This document shows, piece after piece, positions 38,548-52,000 of a stretch of DNA of 64,000 bases. The stretch comes from Aplysia californica (Eukaryota), in assembly GCF_000002075.1 (NCBI RefSeq), contig NW_004797376.1, forward strand, positions 80,912-144,911, given 5' to 3'. Numbering within the stretch: position 1 is the stretch's first letter; each line of letters starts with the position of its first letter. The notes under the pieces were generated by a model. It was not told the origin of the DNA. It did no database searches and was given only the letters and a program-made list of their open reading frames with translations. Made by a program: the position numbers and the translations under genes.

Positions 38548-41130
38548 AGCCTCAACAGTACAAAGTTTGCTTCGACTATCAAGGCACCCCGAAAATGTCA
38601 GTTCACAAGAGAGTGACAAACATACAAAAGAAGTAGAGGAAAATGAAAAGGGTGACGGAAGAAAAAGCAGCAGTTTCCCCTTTATTGTTCCGGCACAATA
38701 TGAGCACGAGATCTATAAATCAGTCCATTTATAATTCTACTGTGCATACAAACATGTTACTCTCCCCCCTTTGGGAATGACCTAAAGACAACTTCAGTCC
38801 GTAGCACTGCCCTGGTGGGGCAGGAAATATGTACACAAGAACATTAATAGGTTAGGCGTAACATGTACGGAATAAAGTTCTAAACAAGCCTCAAAATACC
38901 GAAATAGTACATTTTTTAAACTTTTTTATTTATAACCTTTCTTCTTATTATACTTTTTCTACCTCTTCCTAACTTTTCCAGTAGCTGGAAGGTGCTTCTC
39001 GGAACTTTCTCCAATTAAACACATTGACTCTTGACTTGCCATTCTGCCTGTCTGAATTGTTTTGGTTTTATAAACCACTCACTCAAAAATGTCAAATCTG
39101 TCTTTCCGAGTTTTGAAACAAAATAAGGAGACAAAATAATGTCGATTGCCCCTTATTCTAAAGTCTCGGGACAAGCCTCTAATCCTACGTACTCCAAGTT
39201 TTGAAACGGTTGTCGTTCAAAAGCCGTGTGGGTGCTTATTTCCTTCGTGGGTGGGACTTTCACTGACATTGCGGACACAGCTTTGACGAGACGAGATTCT
39301 TTTTTTTCTCCAGCCCACAGTGTATTCTAGACGTTCCCTTCAGTCGGCATGACGTTGACCAATGACTTTATAAAGATAAGATACAATCGATACTAAGACC
39401 AAGAAAGGCAGGAGGGCGGGATATTGGACAGAGAAAGACTTCTCTGACACAGACACATATGACGCAAATGTCCCAAGCAGAGGAAATAGACGGATGAACA
39501 GCACGGTCACTCTTTTGTCCTCAGCTCTGTCATTGCCGATGAATTCTCGCTGTGAAATGAAACAAGTCACTTTTGTCATTACCCTAATTGCTTCTCTTTT
39601 CTTTTACTTATCTCCAAGGCCAGTCGTTTTGCAGGTGTCTGAAACATTATACAGAGATCCAATCACACCGGAACTTTAGTCTCTTCATCACCATCTCCAT
39701 CCCACTATATGTACTGTGCTCTCAGTGACATTCTATGACCTTCGCCACCCAATATTCTGCCCTTCCCTCTATATCTCAGAGTCACTCTATCCCCGCTACC
39801 ACCAAATTTTCAATCATTTGAGTTTTCAGCCTGTCCTGTTTTCGAAAAAATGTCACTCCATACCAGCCTCAATTCCACTTTTCGCCCTATCTACTGTACC
39901 TTAGAATGCCACATTTATCCAACTTTTTGCCCTTCCCAATATACCTCAAAGAGCTACTCTATCCCAATCCTAATCCTATTTTCTGTCCTACCCTCTATCG
40001 CCATCTCGGTCTCTATTTCCGTTCGTCTTTAACCAGAAGCGGGTGGGGGGGGGGGGGGGGCTCGGATCTAGTCAGTGTTAACAGGATCCAGAATTTTACA
40101 AAGATCTTCGAAAACAACTGGAAAATAAGCACGCTGCCAAAACAATGTCTTTTTTGCACATACTTCGAACACATCCCCCNNNNNNNNNNNNNNNNNNNNN
40201 NNNNNNNNNNNNNNNNNNNNNNNNNNNNNNNNNNNNNNNNNNNNNNNNNNNNNNNNNNNNNNNNNNNNNNNNNNNNNNNNNNNNNNNNNNNNNNNNNNNN
40301 NNNNNNNNNNNNNNNNNNNNNNNNNNNNNNNNNNNNNNNNNNNNNNNNNNNNNNNNNNNNNNNNTTACACAACGTTCCCCTCTTCTCACTCCTTTTCCTT
40401 TTTGCTGCCCCTTTATTATCAACCTTTTCAACCTCTCCGGCCTAGGTGGCCATTCCAAAATTTTTCGAAATTGCCAATAACCCCTACCAAAAGCACACCC
40501 TAGAGCTGTGTAAGGAGTACTCATTATTCAACGTAGAGAGCTTTTTTCTAAAGGTTTTGCAGGAAAGGGAAGCAAACATTAGATGACAAACAAGTTTGAT
40601 CTGTTGCCTCATTAAGAAAACACGTCATAAAGTATTCAGCGGTTTCCTCGCAAGGGGTGTTGCTATTCGTCTCGGTACCATAATATGATCATTTAACCTC
40701 TCCAATGCCCTTTTATTACATGACAAGCTTAGCTTTGGAGGGATTACATCCACGTTGTTGGCGAATTTAGAAATCTGAAACAGAGCATTCCAGAGGACAC
40801 TTTTTTCTTCCTTACTAAAGGCAATTCGAGAGGGGCCGAAGAGATAATGTCGATGGCTGGGAAGGATGGAGTGCTGTTCAGCACTATAAGCCGCATCATG
40901 TTGAAAGAAGGGTGGATGTGTTAGGCGTAAAGAGAGGCAGGGGGCCATCTCAGCATCATTACTGAGTTCTTCCAGGTTAACAAGGTGTAGTAATGGGAAC
41001 TACAAGAGGAATGAATGGGAACTACAAGAGGAATGAGAGTTCATAAAACGAAAATGGATGGCATTTTCTAAAACTTGGTTTATGTCGACCTGACACCTCG
41101 ATCTGCCGGATGACTGTGAGTATTGACCTA

Positions 41131-41187
<57 letters not shown>

Positions 41188-41242
41188 GTCGGTCTGTCCG
41201 TCTGTCCGTCTGTCTGTCTTTGAAATTCTCAAAGTGTCTATG

Positions 41243-41454
41243 GTGGCGTCAGTAGTGTAGTCCATTGGTTAGACTACCGAACCCGTAATCTTGAGATTAC
41301 GGGTTTGAGGGTTCGAGCTTCAGCGTTGCGTCTTTGGAAAGGCACTTAACACGAATGTCCTATTTGCCTCTGTTCTTTCGGAGACGGACGTTAAAATCGT
41401 AGGTCCCTCCCCTTAAATAACCTAATAGTGTTGATAGGGTTGTTAAACCCGTAC
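41243..41454 (+). mobile_element. tRNA-derived SINE family 2
   Basis: tRNA-like head with gggttcgagc B-box-like motif, body gttgcgtctttggaaaggcacttaacacgaat, ctttcggagacggacgttaaaatcgtaggtccc, tail aataacctaatagtgttgataggg..gttaaaccc. Inverted homolog at 46811-46988. Confidence 0.75.
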
Positions 41455-44400
41455 AATTTCACCACTTTTTCACCAAAATGTATGTGATGTGCTCAAGTGT
41501 TTCTTTCGTCACATTGTCTAAATGTTCTGGCTTGTAGGGTCCTCACATTCCATGTTCCGATTTGTTTTCAAACATTTCCTCCCATGCTTTGGGTGGCTGC
41601 CTTGTTACTGCAGCCCACTGTGCGGAATTCGATAGCCACTGTCATAACAAGCCCTCCTCAATATTGTTATGCTCGTTTCTTTGTGGTTTCTTTTTACAAC
41701 AACCGTCGACCCAGAACAGGGCCCCGGGATTCTGCATGATTATTTCTCTAGCTTTTAATCTGCGGTCTTTGTATTTCTTTAAGATCATGCATAGTCAGTT
41801 CCCTACCTTTTCCACGTTGAAACATTGAAATATCGGGCTTTGCCTCTTCCTTCTTCTTCTTCTCCCTCCCCCACCTTCATGACAATTTTTTTTTTTTAAT
41901 TATCTGAAACTAACAATGGCTGTAAGATGCAGTAGCATTCAGATCGCAACACAAAATATATACAATCTCGATGAGTTGTCAAAGTTCTCCAGGTTTCACC
42001 TGGCTACTTCTACTTCTGTATGCAAATTGTTGGAAATTGCGGCGTAAATGACCAGGGAGAGGAGTCCAATCAGGTTTCTANNNNNNNNNNNNNNNNNNNN
42101 NNNNNNNNNNNNNNNNNNNNNNNNNNNNNNNNNNNNNNNNNNNNNNNNNNNNNNNNNNNNNNNNNNNNNNNNNNNNNNNNNNNNNNNNNNNNNNNNNNNN
42201 NNNNNNNNNNNNNNNNNNNNNNAAAATAGAATACGAAGAGGTAAAAAAGGAGNNNNNNNNNNNNNNNNNNNNNNNNNNNNNNNNNNNNNNNNNNNNNNNN
42301 NNNNNNNNNNNNNNNNNNNNNNNNNNNNNNNNNNNNNNNNNNNNNNNNNNNNNNNNNNNNNNNNNNNNNNNNNNNNNNNNNNNNNNNNNNNNNNNNNNNN
42401 NNNNNNNNNNNNNNAAGAAAGGGCCATGTCATCAATAAATGTAAGTGAGGAAATCGTGCACGCATAAGATAAGCTGCTGCAAGGACAGACAACCATTACA
42501 CGCTGTCAACAAACTATGATGAGACGGTGGTTCGGTACAAGAGCTATCTTTCCACTTGAGTGGAGAGTGAACTTGCGTCTGTGGAAGTTGCAACATAAAA
42601 GTAGAATGAGAGTGAGGAGAGCGAGGAGAACGAGACAGACCGATTGACAAGCTTAATTCATTTTACAAACTAATTGGAAGAATAANNNNNNNNNNNNNNN
42701 NNNNNNNNNNNNNNNNNNNNNNNNNNNNNNNNNNNNNNNNNNNNNNNNNNNNNNNNNNNNNNNNNNNNNNNNNNNNNNNNNNNNNNNNNNNNNNNNNNNN
42801 NNNNNNNNNNNNNNNNNNNNNNNCGCTCGCTCTCTCGTCCGTTCTCCCTCCACCCTCTCTCTATCGCTTTCTCCTGTTCGTTTTGAGCCTTCACTCACTC
42901 ACTCACTCACTCACTTCTATTTCTTTAAAAAGTCTAATGAAAAAATGAAACAAACAAATACAGTGTGCAAGAACATGGAGCAAAACAATAAAAAGGGAAG
43001 AGAAGCAACAAAATGCAAATAAGAGAAAGGAAAAGAGAAGGGACAAAAAAAACAAAAACGAACAATATACATTATTGATAAGTGGGCAGAGAGACAGACG
43101 GAAATAGAGATGTGATAAAAGGGCTGGTTGCTAGACGTGAGCAATCAGTAGATGTGACAAAGAAAAAGTGTACTTTCAAAATAGAGTGGTCACAATTGAC
43201 AAGAAATATGCACGGCGAAGTAAGCTACAGTTGGAGGGACAGCGCAACTAAAAGCGTGTGTTACGAACTGATAATTTCGACTAAATGTACTCTCACATTA
43301 CACCTGTTTAAAATGCTATCTATGTACCTTGGCATTGTTTTAGGACGATTCTTGTCTTTGATCAGCGCACATCTGCATACAGCTAGAGTTGGTATTAAAC
43401 TCACTTTCTTAGGGCGGTCTTATGAGCCAACTAACCTACTAATATTTGGGAATATTTTTGCCCCTCAGCCTCTTTCCACTTTCTCTGTTTTCGAGTAATT
43501 TAATTAACAAAAACAAAATAAAACACTATCGCTGCAAACGAGTTTAAGGCATGGTTACCTGGAGCCAGTCGTTCAGCTGGAAGCCTTAACAATTGCTCAG
43601 GCCAGGGCCAACATGGATCGCAGAGCATTTGTGTCACGACGCAGTGGAATCAGCCGTTCGTCAGTTTTCGCGCATATGGAGTTATTGATATCATCTTAAA
43701 GCGTGTTACATTTTCTTGGTTTTGATGGAAAAAAATAAACATTTACCTGGAACAGAATTTACGATAGAAAGAGGGGGGTGTCGCGCGGTGTCAGAAATAA
43801 AATTTGCGACAAAAAGGCAGATTTCCAATGCTTGAGTGTCCTTGGAATCGGCAAATTACTTGTTCGAGCCTTTGAGCTGCGTTTTTCAGTGAAAATCCAT
43901 ACATAAATGTTTTTATAAAACATTAAAGGAGTTGAGCCCAAAATTACTCTTTTTTAAATTACCAAACGGGTGGTAAGATGACAATTTCTTAGAATTCATT
44001 ATTTGACGAGCGCCTGATTTCACCACGATGCCCCACAATTTTAAAAGGTTTATTGTGCTTTTTTTTCGAATCTAGTGGGTGCCTGACGGGCGATCTGGTG
44101 TGGATTGCTCCTTCCCTCTAGTCAAAGATCTATCGTTCTCATTTCTCCCCCTTTTTTTTCTTTGTATGATTCTCTAGAGGTAACACATCTAACCTTCGCA
44201 CTTATATGATCTATTTGGGTTGCTAGTGCCATAAATCTCCAAGACCAAACCTAGACGTTGTTGTCTCTCAACAGCTAAGCTAATTCTTAATTCGAAAGCA
44301 AATGTTCAAATGGAAAACAAAAATTCACTATTTTTTCTTCTTTTTGGAACCCTAGTCTAAAAGACCGATATTTAAAACGTATTATGTGTGGTCTCTGACA

Positions 44401-46008
44401 GCATAATTGCCCCATGACTGGTTTTCACTTTGAAAAATAATAAATTTAAACCTTTTTTATATATTTGAGTTGTAAACCAATATATTGCCAAGAAGTCTGA
44501 TATAAAGAAAGCCTTTTTGTGGCAACAAAGATGACAGATTGAAGACACACTGGCAATGAATCAGGAGAAATACAGGTTATCAAAATAAACGAGCGGTTTG
44601 CTAGAGCTCACTTTCTGAAGTGGGTGGTTGGCGTCTGCTCTGGTGTGGTTTGCTCCTACTTTCCTATCAACCATCTATTGTCCTTAGCTATCCTCCTTGT
44701 GTGTGTTTGTTACACTCTTCTTGCAATGCCTCTGATCGTCGGTATATATACGAGTATTACCTTATTGTGTTGCAAATGCCGAAAAACTCTCTTCTACTAA
44801 AACTAAACTTTCTCTTCACCCAGATAATGTCGCTTAAAATAGTTAAACAAGTCCAGACCAGACCATCTAAAGAACAATAATTATTATACGTATTAGTTAA
44901 AGCTGTAGCTTCTAACCCGCTCTATCTCCACACCCCACCTAACCTGCTAATGGAACCAGGAATATTGTTTCCCAAAGCACAGTAACCCTCTCTCTTTAAG
45001 AAATAACCGGAGGTGTTTAGGTTTCATTAGTCAGTGTGCTTCTCTATGGTGTGCTTTGACTGTAACGTGTACAACACTAAGATTTGAAGACTGCACTATG
45101 CAATATCCGTGCACCCATGAAATGAGAGATGGTTCGGCTTTTCATCGATAGTTCAAGTATCTATGTATTGTACAGAGAATCATATTCGTGATCTAACGTT
45201 CAAACAGTATCTTACAGCTAAGTTGGATTCTTCACACGATGGGTAATGCCCACATGCTCATGATTTGTCTCTGCACACAATTACTACTGTACGATCTGAC
45301 TGCATTGACCCCAAATTATTTCTTAGAGTTACAGAAAAGAGAGCATTTTTGCAGACGACCCATTCCCTGTTATCAAATAGATTGGTGACAGAGGGGTAAA
45401 ACGAAACAAAAAGGACTAACAGCATCGTCATTGAAATAACAGTCTACAGTAAAAATGGAAATAGAATGCAAGTTAAAATTCTTCCACCATATGAGGTCGT
45501 GTATTCTAAATATATGAACCACTCACTTCTCTAGGGAAAAAATCAACACAACATAATATTTTTAGACAAAATGTAATGGTACTCATTCGTGACTCTTCAT
45601 TTTGCTAACGAGTTACAAAAATGAAATCATAAAAGAAGTCCTAGGTTTAGTAAGGAAGCCCTAAAATTGTTTGCAATTCTTTGAAACAGACCAGACTTGC
45701 TTTATGAACTCTATTGATTTGTTAATCGAATTTCGGCGACGTAGCCTCCAGAGACGTATCGTGTTTCAGTCCCAAACAAGATTACAAAACAAGATTACAA
45801 AAACTTGAGGGAGGCGAGACAAAATAAATAGGACGTACGCGGTAGAAATAAGCCTCCCCGAGGGACAAAAGACTGTGCAAGTCTATAAATGTTATTCTTA
45901 GCGTTACAAATCTGGAGAAAGACTTGCCCTGAGAACCGGATAAGAATAATTTATTTTTGCGTCCTCCAGCCTTCGTATAATTTTCCTTCTCCTTCTTTCC
46001 CACACCCA

Positions 46009-46063
46009 CCTTCTTCTTCTTCTTCTTCTTCTTCTTCTTCTTCTTCTTCTTCTTCTTCTTCTT
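46009..46063. repeat. (CTT)n trinucleotide microsatellite
   Basis: Direct reading. Confidence 0.95.
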
Positions 46064-46810
46064 GCTACCGTGCCAGTCTCAGAGGTCAAAACTTGCAAAT
46101 GCATGGGATTTATGCTTTCTCTGGTTTCATTCTCGTATGTTCCAGACAGCGTTCTCTGCGCCGGGACTCCTAGCGAGGGAGTGAGATCCTTGGCTTAATG
46201 TTACCTATTCAGCATCTGATATTTCTAGTATTCGCTTTCTATTCTTGCGGTTAGCCTCTAAATAGCTTGCTCCTCTCCCGCCTTCCCTCATAAAAGTACG
46301 TTTGTATTGGATTTTTATCCAATGTTTGGGCCTCCACAAAAGGGACTTTTGAACTGGCAGAGCTTCTTTTTACTACATTTCTTTAAAGTAAAGTCATTTT
46401 GCCGCGCTCCAGAGCCACTTTTATTGAACTGTTTAGCCTCACTGCCCTTTGTGGTGAGGATACTAATTTGAATTTTTTTTTTAAACCATACATTTCGCCA
46501 TTCTACCTCCGACCTTCACTCTTTCCTCATGCAAATCTCTTACCCCAAGGACAATTAATGTCCTACAGCTTCGATGGTGCTCATCAATGGCGACGGAAAA
46601 GAAAACGTTTAGCAAACCAAACCGAAAGGGGGAGGGGGAATTCTGCACAGTTTTATCACTTCAGATGAGTACATCTTTTCATTTAGGAAATTTATGTTTG
46701 TGGTTTCCATAATAACCAAACCATCGTCTTTGGAAATACCGTTAGAGGTAGCGGCACCCCTTCATATTTAATCCAGTTTTTAGTTTTAAGATTCATATCT
46801 AACACAAAAA

Positions 46811-46988
46811 ATGGTATAGGCTTAACGCCCCTATCAACACTATTAGGTTATTTAAAGAGTCGGGATCTCTGAATCTAGCGTCCATCTCCGAAAGGACCGA
46901 GCCAAAAGGGAAATTCGTGTAAAGTGTCTTTACCAAGGACACAACGTTGGACCGAGCTGACGCTCAAACCCCCGAGCCCGCAATCTCA
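46811..46988 (-). mobile_element. SINE family 2, inverted copy
   Basis: ccctatcaacactattaggttatttaa is the exact reverse complement of the 41413-41439 tail; body (tctccgaaag, ttcgtgtaaagtgtctttaccaaggacacaacg) is colinear. Confidence 0.75.
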
Positions 46989-47451
46989 TATCTGACACAT
47001 CATTATTCTAAAATAGCAAAGTTTGGTAAAAAAAAAAAAAAATTTTAAATAAAAATACAATAAGAGAGATCGTTTAGAAATAGTTTCTACTACTGGGCAA
47101 ACATAAACATAATTTGTTGTCTTTTTATTTATCGAGTTATACAATATTCTACCACAATATACTTGTGACAGCTATTTTTCCTTTGACTCGCTCTTTGCAA
47201 TAAGTAAAAGCATTTTAGAGCATGGTGTGATTATGTTCTCAGAATTAAACATTAAAGTGTTCCGCAATCAAACATTAACAGCAACTGACATTCTCATACT
47301 ATATATATATGATTTATATTTTGTAAGCAGTTCTCTTGGATTCACCATTCCTAAACTCGTGTGTATGCTTTATAAACAGTCTTATAAACTATTTAAAACA
47401 TCTTTAAAACTCAAGAAACCTTACGTTTATTTGTTTAAAGTAAATACTCAC

Positions 47452-47937
47452 AAAGGTCATGTAGGGTATGTTGTAGGCCGTGGACATGAGGCCGGCTGAG
47501 TTACAATAGGCGTCAGGGCCGATGAAGGCGTCCACTGTGCGGTTACAGTACAGTTCTGCCATTTCCCTCATCGCCACAGCCTCCAGGTTCTTCGTGTCCC
47601 GGAATATCCGTGTGAAAGTCACAGGGATAGACTTGTTCCGCGCCTCATCGTTGAGATGATCCACGGCCAAGAAAAAGGCACCTCCGAAGAGTTTCCCTTT
47701 TCCATGATTCTCCAAGTTCGTGAGGAAGGCGAGGTTGATATCTATCGGGGTCATGAGAGATAGATTGACGGGTGTGGCAGAATTATTGTAAGGATGACGT
47801 TGATTAGTTCTGCACGCCATTCCTGTGTTTTCATACATTTCCGTTGCAGTTGCGCAAGTGGTGACGATGGAGAGAGTGAAAAAGAAAAGCAGCCCATTTG
47901 AAGAAGAGGTCCAGAAAGTACGACAGTGTACTTTCAT
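47452..47937 (-). CDS. Receptor-type guanylate cyclase-like gene, first coding exon (signal peptide + start of ANF-receptor ligand-binding domain); frame is open upstream to ATGs at 47982, 48024 and 48030
   Basis: Reads MKVHCRTFWTSSSNGLLFFFTLSIVTTCATA (hydrophobic signal-peptide-like), then INLAFLT...GGAFFLAVDHLN...FRDT...VDAFIGPDAYCNSAGLMSTAYNIPYMTF. This fits the GA-x-x-lAv-x-x-iN, fIGP-x-x-C and niP-m-i-s-y pattern of receptor GC ectodomains. Ends at TTT|gtgagt (phase 0). N-glycosylation sequons NNS, NLS, NKS, NRT. Confidence 0.9.
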
Positions 47938-48363
47938 GTCTCTGATATGTTTCCTCCAAAACGTCGAAGCTAAAGAAAACATATTTGCCGAATACACTTG
48001 CTTTGTCCTGCCAAGGCGTAACATGCCCATGTTGAATCGTCACATTAATGTTGTTTTGATCGAGGCCGATTTTGATGCACTCCACAGCGATGGGTATTTG
48101 TTGTATACAGTAAATTCCCACAAGTCCTCACACAGGACCATGACAGCATAACCATCGCGTTATAAATTCCCTGCATGCGCAACCCCGACCAAAGCAAGCA
48201 GAGACGAGAAATGTATCGGTTCTACTCTCAAGTGAGATTTCTCCATCGGCATGCAATCTGTAATGCTTCTGTACCTCCGATTTTGTTTTCAAATTCTTTA
48301 ATCGATACGCCGATTCCTGATCAATGCAGATATTGCCAATGCCCGGGTAAGCATAAGAAAAAT
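47938..48363 (-). other. Probable 5' UTR part of the first coding exon, bounded by a strong splice acceptor (implies an upstream non-coding exon)
   Basis: Minus strand reads cgttgttttgtcttcgttcttccacag|ATTTTTC, with AG at 48365-48364 and a long polypyrimidine tract, 333 nt upstream of the first in-frame ATG (48030). Confidence 0.55.
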
Positions 48364-48949
48364 CTGTGGAAGAACGAAGACAAAACAACGTTAGAAGAAA
48401 TAATATTTTTAATTTTGCAATGATACATAATAAAGCATATTATCCTCATTGAATGGAGTAATAATGGCACGCCAATTTGTGGCACGGGTGGTCTACAAAA
48501 AAGTAATGTTGAAAGGGTTTTTTCCGTATCGCTTCACTAACATATAATTATCATCATTAAACGTATTGTGTTACGACACCAAATGCTTAGGCTGAATATC
48601 CCAGTTCCATCTACATGACTTAAAACTTCCAAACGTTTAGCTTTAGCCGAGGCTGATCGTGGCAGCAGGAGAAATCTACACACAACGAGCCTTTATATGT
48701 TATCCACTTTTAAGCTTCACGATTAGCCCCTTAAGCGACGAGGACAAGACTGATTAAAAACAATCATGGATTCCGATGATGCCTACAGTTCTCTTTTTTC
48801 TTTTTCCAAAGGGGGGGTGGAGGACGTTGGTATAAAAGATCTAACTGTCATACCAGTTTTTGTTTCGTGTGTACATTGTTTAAACGAGAGACGCTAATGT
48901 AATCGATTCGCTTCATGACGCACAGACATTGCCTTACCACCTCTGTTGT

Positions 48950-49046
48950 TGGCGGTTGTTGTCTTGTGGTTAGGCTTCCACACTCATAATAATGAGATTG
49001 TGGATTCAACGGTTCGAGGCTCAGCTCGGTACAAAATTGTTTCCTT
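48950..49046 (+). mobile_element. SINE family 2, decayed 5' head
   Basis: gtggttagg...taat..tgagattgtggattcaacggttcgaggctcagctcggtac resembles the heads at 41243 and 46988. Confidence 0.5.
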
Positions 49047-52000
49047 GATTTTAGTAACAGTTTTACGGCACTTGCAACACAATAAGGTAACATAAGTGCT
49101 AAAGATCAGAGGCGTTCCAAGACAATAACAAACACGAAAAGAAGGAGGAGAGATCAGGACGATAGGTGTTTAATGGGAAAGAAGGAGCAAATCACACCGC
49201 AGCACCTGCCAACCACCTACTGAAGGCTAGATTTTATCGGATGTTAAATTCGGAGGTCCTGCCTCTTAAACAACCTTACAGTGACGCAAGGGGCTTTAAA
49301 CCTATTCAATTTTGCATCATCCCTGCCCCCAGTTTAATACCCCACCAGCCACACTATAATTATCTCACAAGAAAGATGACACCGAACCAGAAGTACACGT
49401 GGCATACTATTGTCCACAATCATAATGAATAAGAACGTGTCTCCAACAATGTCCCGGAAGTCTAAATAGCCTTTCCATGTAAGCAATTCTCGCATAACGT
49501 GAGTCGTGAATCGAGTAAACAAATGTCTTGTTCGCCCTTTATAAAATGCAATGCACTACAAGCCAATCTCACTCTGAAGCAAACGTAACTGCAGTATCTC
49601 CAAGAATAAAAATTAACGAGTCGTGCACAATCTTATGGAAACAAACAGAAAAACCATCGCGCTTGGCCGACAGCCTTAACGATCACGCAAACGCCAGATT
49701 AGCCCAATTTAAAATCCCAATCAATAAAGGCAATAAGGACGATCCACATTACAGGTCATCGGTTCAGAATGATCGCCGATGTTGTAACATGGTGTAGGCG
49801 TTTGTCTCCACAGAATCACCATTATTCTGCAGGGAACAACGACAACCGACAACTATCTTGTAATCGATATAACTACTGAATACTAAGAAAGAAGCAATTA
49901 TCAGTCAACGACTCTTATGTGCATGGGAGGTTGTATTGTTTTGGCTTCCCAGGAGGGTATATGAGTTACAGATCTTACGCCAATACCAGTTTGTGTTTTT
50001 CATGCACATTGTTGATTAAAACTAGAGACAATAGTGCAATCGATTGAACCCCCGAATACCAAGAAGTACGTTAATTATCTGTGAACGGAACCTACGTATG
50101 ATGTTTACACGTGCTGTTTTCAGTTATTGTTCCAGACAGAAGGAAAACACTTGCGTCTGCCATCCTGCGCATCTATCCGGGAACTGGGATAAAGATTCCG
50201 CAAACAATAAAGTGTGTTCACCAAGTGATACTATTGATGTCACATGGGTCAATGTCGGTATTCTAATGTCTTTCTACATCTGAGTCACACAAAGGTCTCT
50301 TAGCTACAAAACTACAATAGGCTTAAATGTGAATTTTCCAAGATCAAAACTGGTTATCATTTCCTTCAGACTTCGGTTATTTTACCCGTTCTCCATGTCC
50401 CAATTGTTAACTCCCTAAATAATCTGCTTTGTATTCAATAGCACGAGGCAAGAATCCGCTTGGATTTACGTTTCCCTTTGTAGCAGCAATGCAGACGTCA
50501 TCAAGTCATCTCTTATTACACAACGTAATTTTGAGGGTTTTTACGGTTATGTCAAAGGACACACCACACCTGGAAAAAAATCTGCTATATTACATTTTAG
50601 AGATGGAAGTCTGAATCTTTAAATTATAATTGCTCTGCCAAGCAAAATAATTCTTTACCGTATTTGGGACGGATTATTTGAATTAATATCAAGACAAAAC
50701 TGACCTCGCGTCACCATAAAGCACATGACGCAAATATTGTGATGAGAGAGTTGCAACTCGCTTACAAAGTTTATTTTGCACTGCTTTGCACTGCTAGGGT
50801 ATTTCTTGCAGATACGTAATTTCTTGCATGACACAGGAGAGCAAAATTTCAAAATGACATATTTATTTAGAGTACCTGTATAAAGATCATTCTAACGATA
50901 ACACAAACTCTGTTGATTTTTAGTACCTTAGGCACAAATCAAGCATGATAATAATGGGGAATAATTGATTAATTGATTGATTGATTGTTCAATCGATTCT
51001 GAAGCTCATAAAATTATTCATCTATATCGTTGTTGTTGCTATGGTGGTGGTGTTGGCGGCGGCAGTGATGGTGGTGATGTCCAGTGCATATTATATATCA
51101 TGTACTTTGTATAGCATACTGAAAAGTTCTCCTTCCGTGTCCAGATAACAGGGATAGAAGTAGGAGCGCCTGACGCAGGAAGCGATTCTTCGCTCGTTAT
51201 CCCGTCTCACCGGGCACAAGACAGAAATAAAACCTCGTGATAGAAATTAACTTAAGCAAGACGTACACTGGGAACACTGATAGAGTCGATTAATACTCTA
51301 CATAATCTAAGTGCTGAGTCCATAGAAATGCTGCGTACACTTATGTTAATTGGGGCGTAAAATCAGCTCACGCATTATTAATACGGTTTCTGCTCTATAG
51401 CCAACAACCACTGATGTTTTCACTGTGAGTACATGGAGATTTGGGGGGAGGGTGAGGGAGTGGCCGGAGGGGGTGGAAATAGAATTACGTCATTGGTGTT
51501 ATGAAACAAAAAAACAGCAAAAGGGGGTGACAAAGGAGGGTTTCAGCATCTTTTTTGGTGCGCTCTTGCATCGCACTCCCGTTAACAACAATGCACACTT
51601 TCATTGACTGGTGGAGTGAGTGATTGATTGATTGATCAATCGATTCAGCTACTCTGTAGGTACATGCATTCATTCTGTTGTTTCTTTAAGTTGTTTTATT
51701 GTTGCTGTTTTTGTTGTGGCTGTTTGTGGTGTTGTAGTTGTTGTTGTTGTTGCTGTTGTTGATATCAATGTTGTTGTGCATGTCTTGTTTGGTTGTAGTA
51801 CTTGGTGAGCTACCAATAAGCTTAGTATGGCCACATTTCACTAGACTGATAGTAACAACAAAACAAGTAGGAAATAGATGGGTAGACCAGACAAGAGCGC
51901 CATCAACTATGTACTAACAGTCAACGCCACGCTTATCTGTCCCTGGTCACTATATCTTGCCTGGATACACCCACGCCGTAGGTGATTTCCTCCTCCTCGA

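Noticed and set aside
40992-41037. 23-bp direct repeat aatgggaactacaagaggaatga x2 (also short tandems at ~45775 and ~7158)
   Set aside because: Ordinary slippage duplications; no spacers, so not CRISPR-like.
47825-48151. Plus-strand and alternative-frame ORFs over the first coding exon
   Set aside because: Shadow ORFs of the real minus-strand exon.
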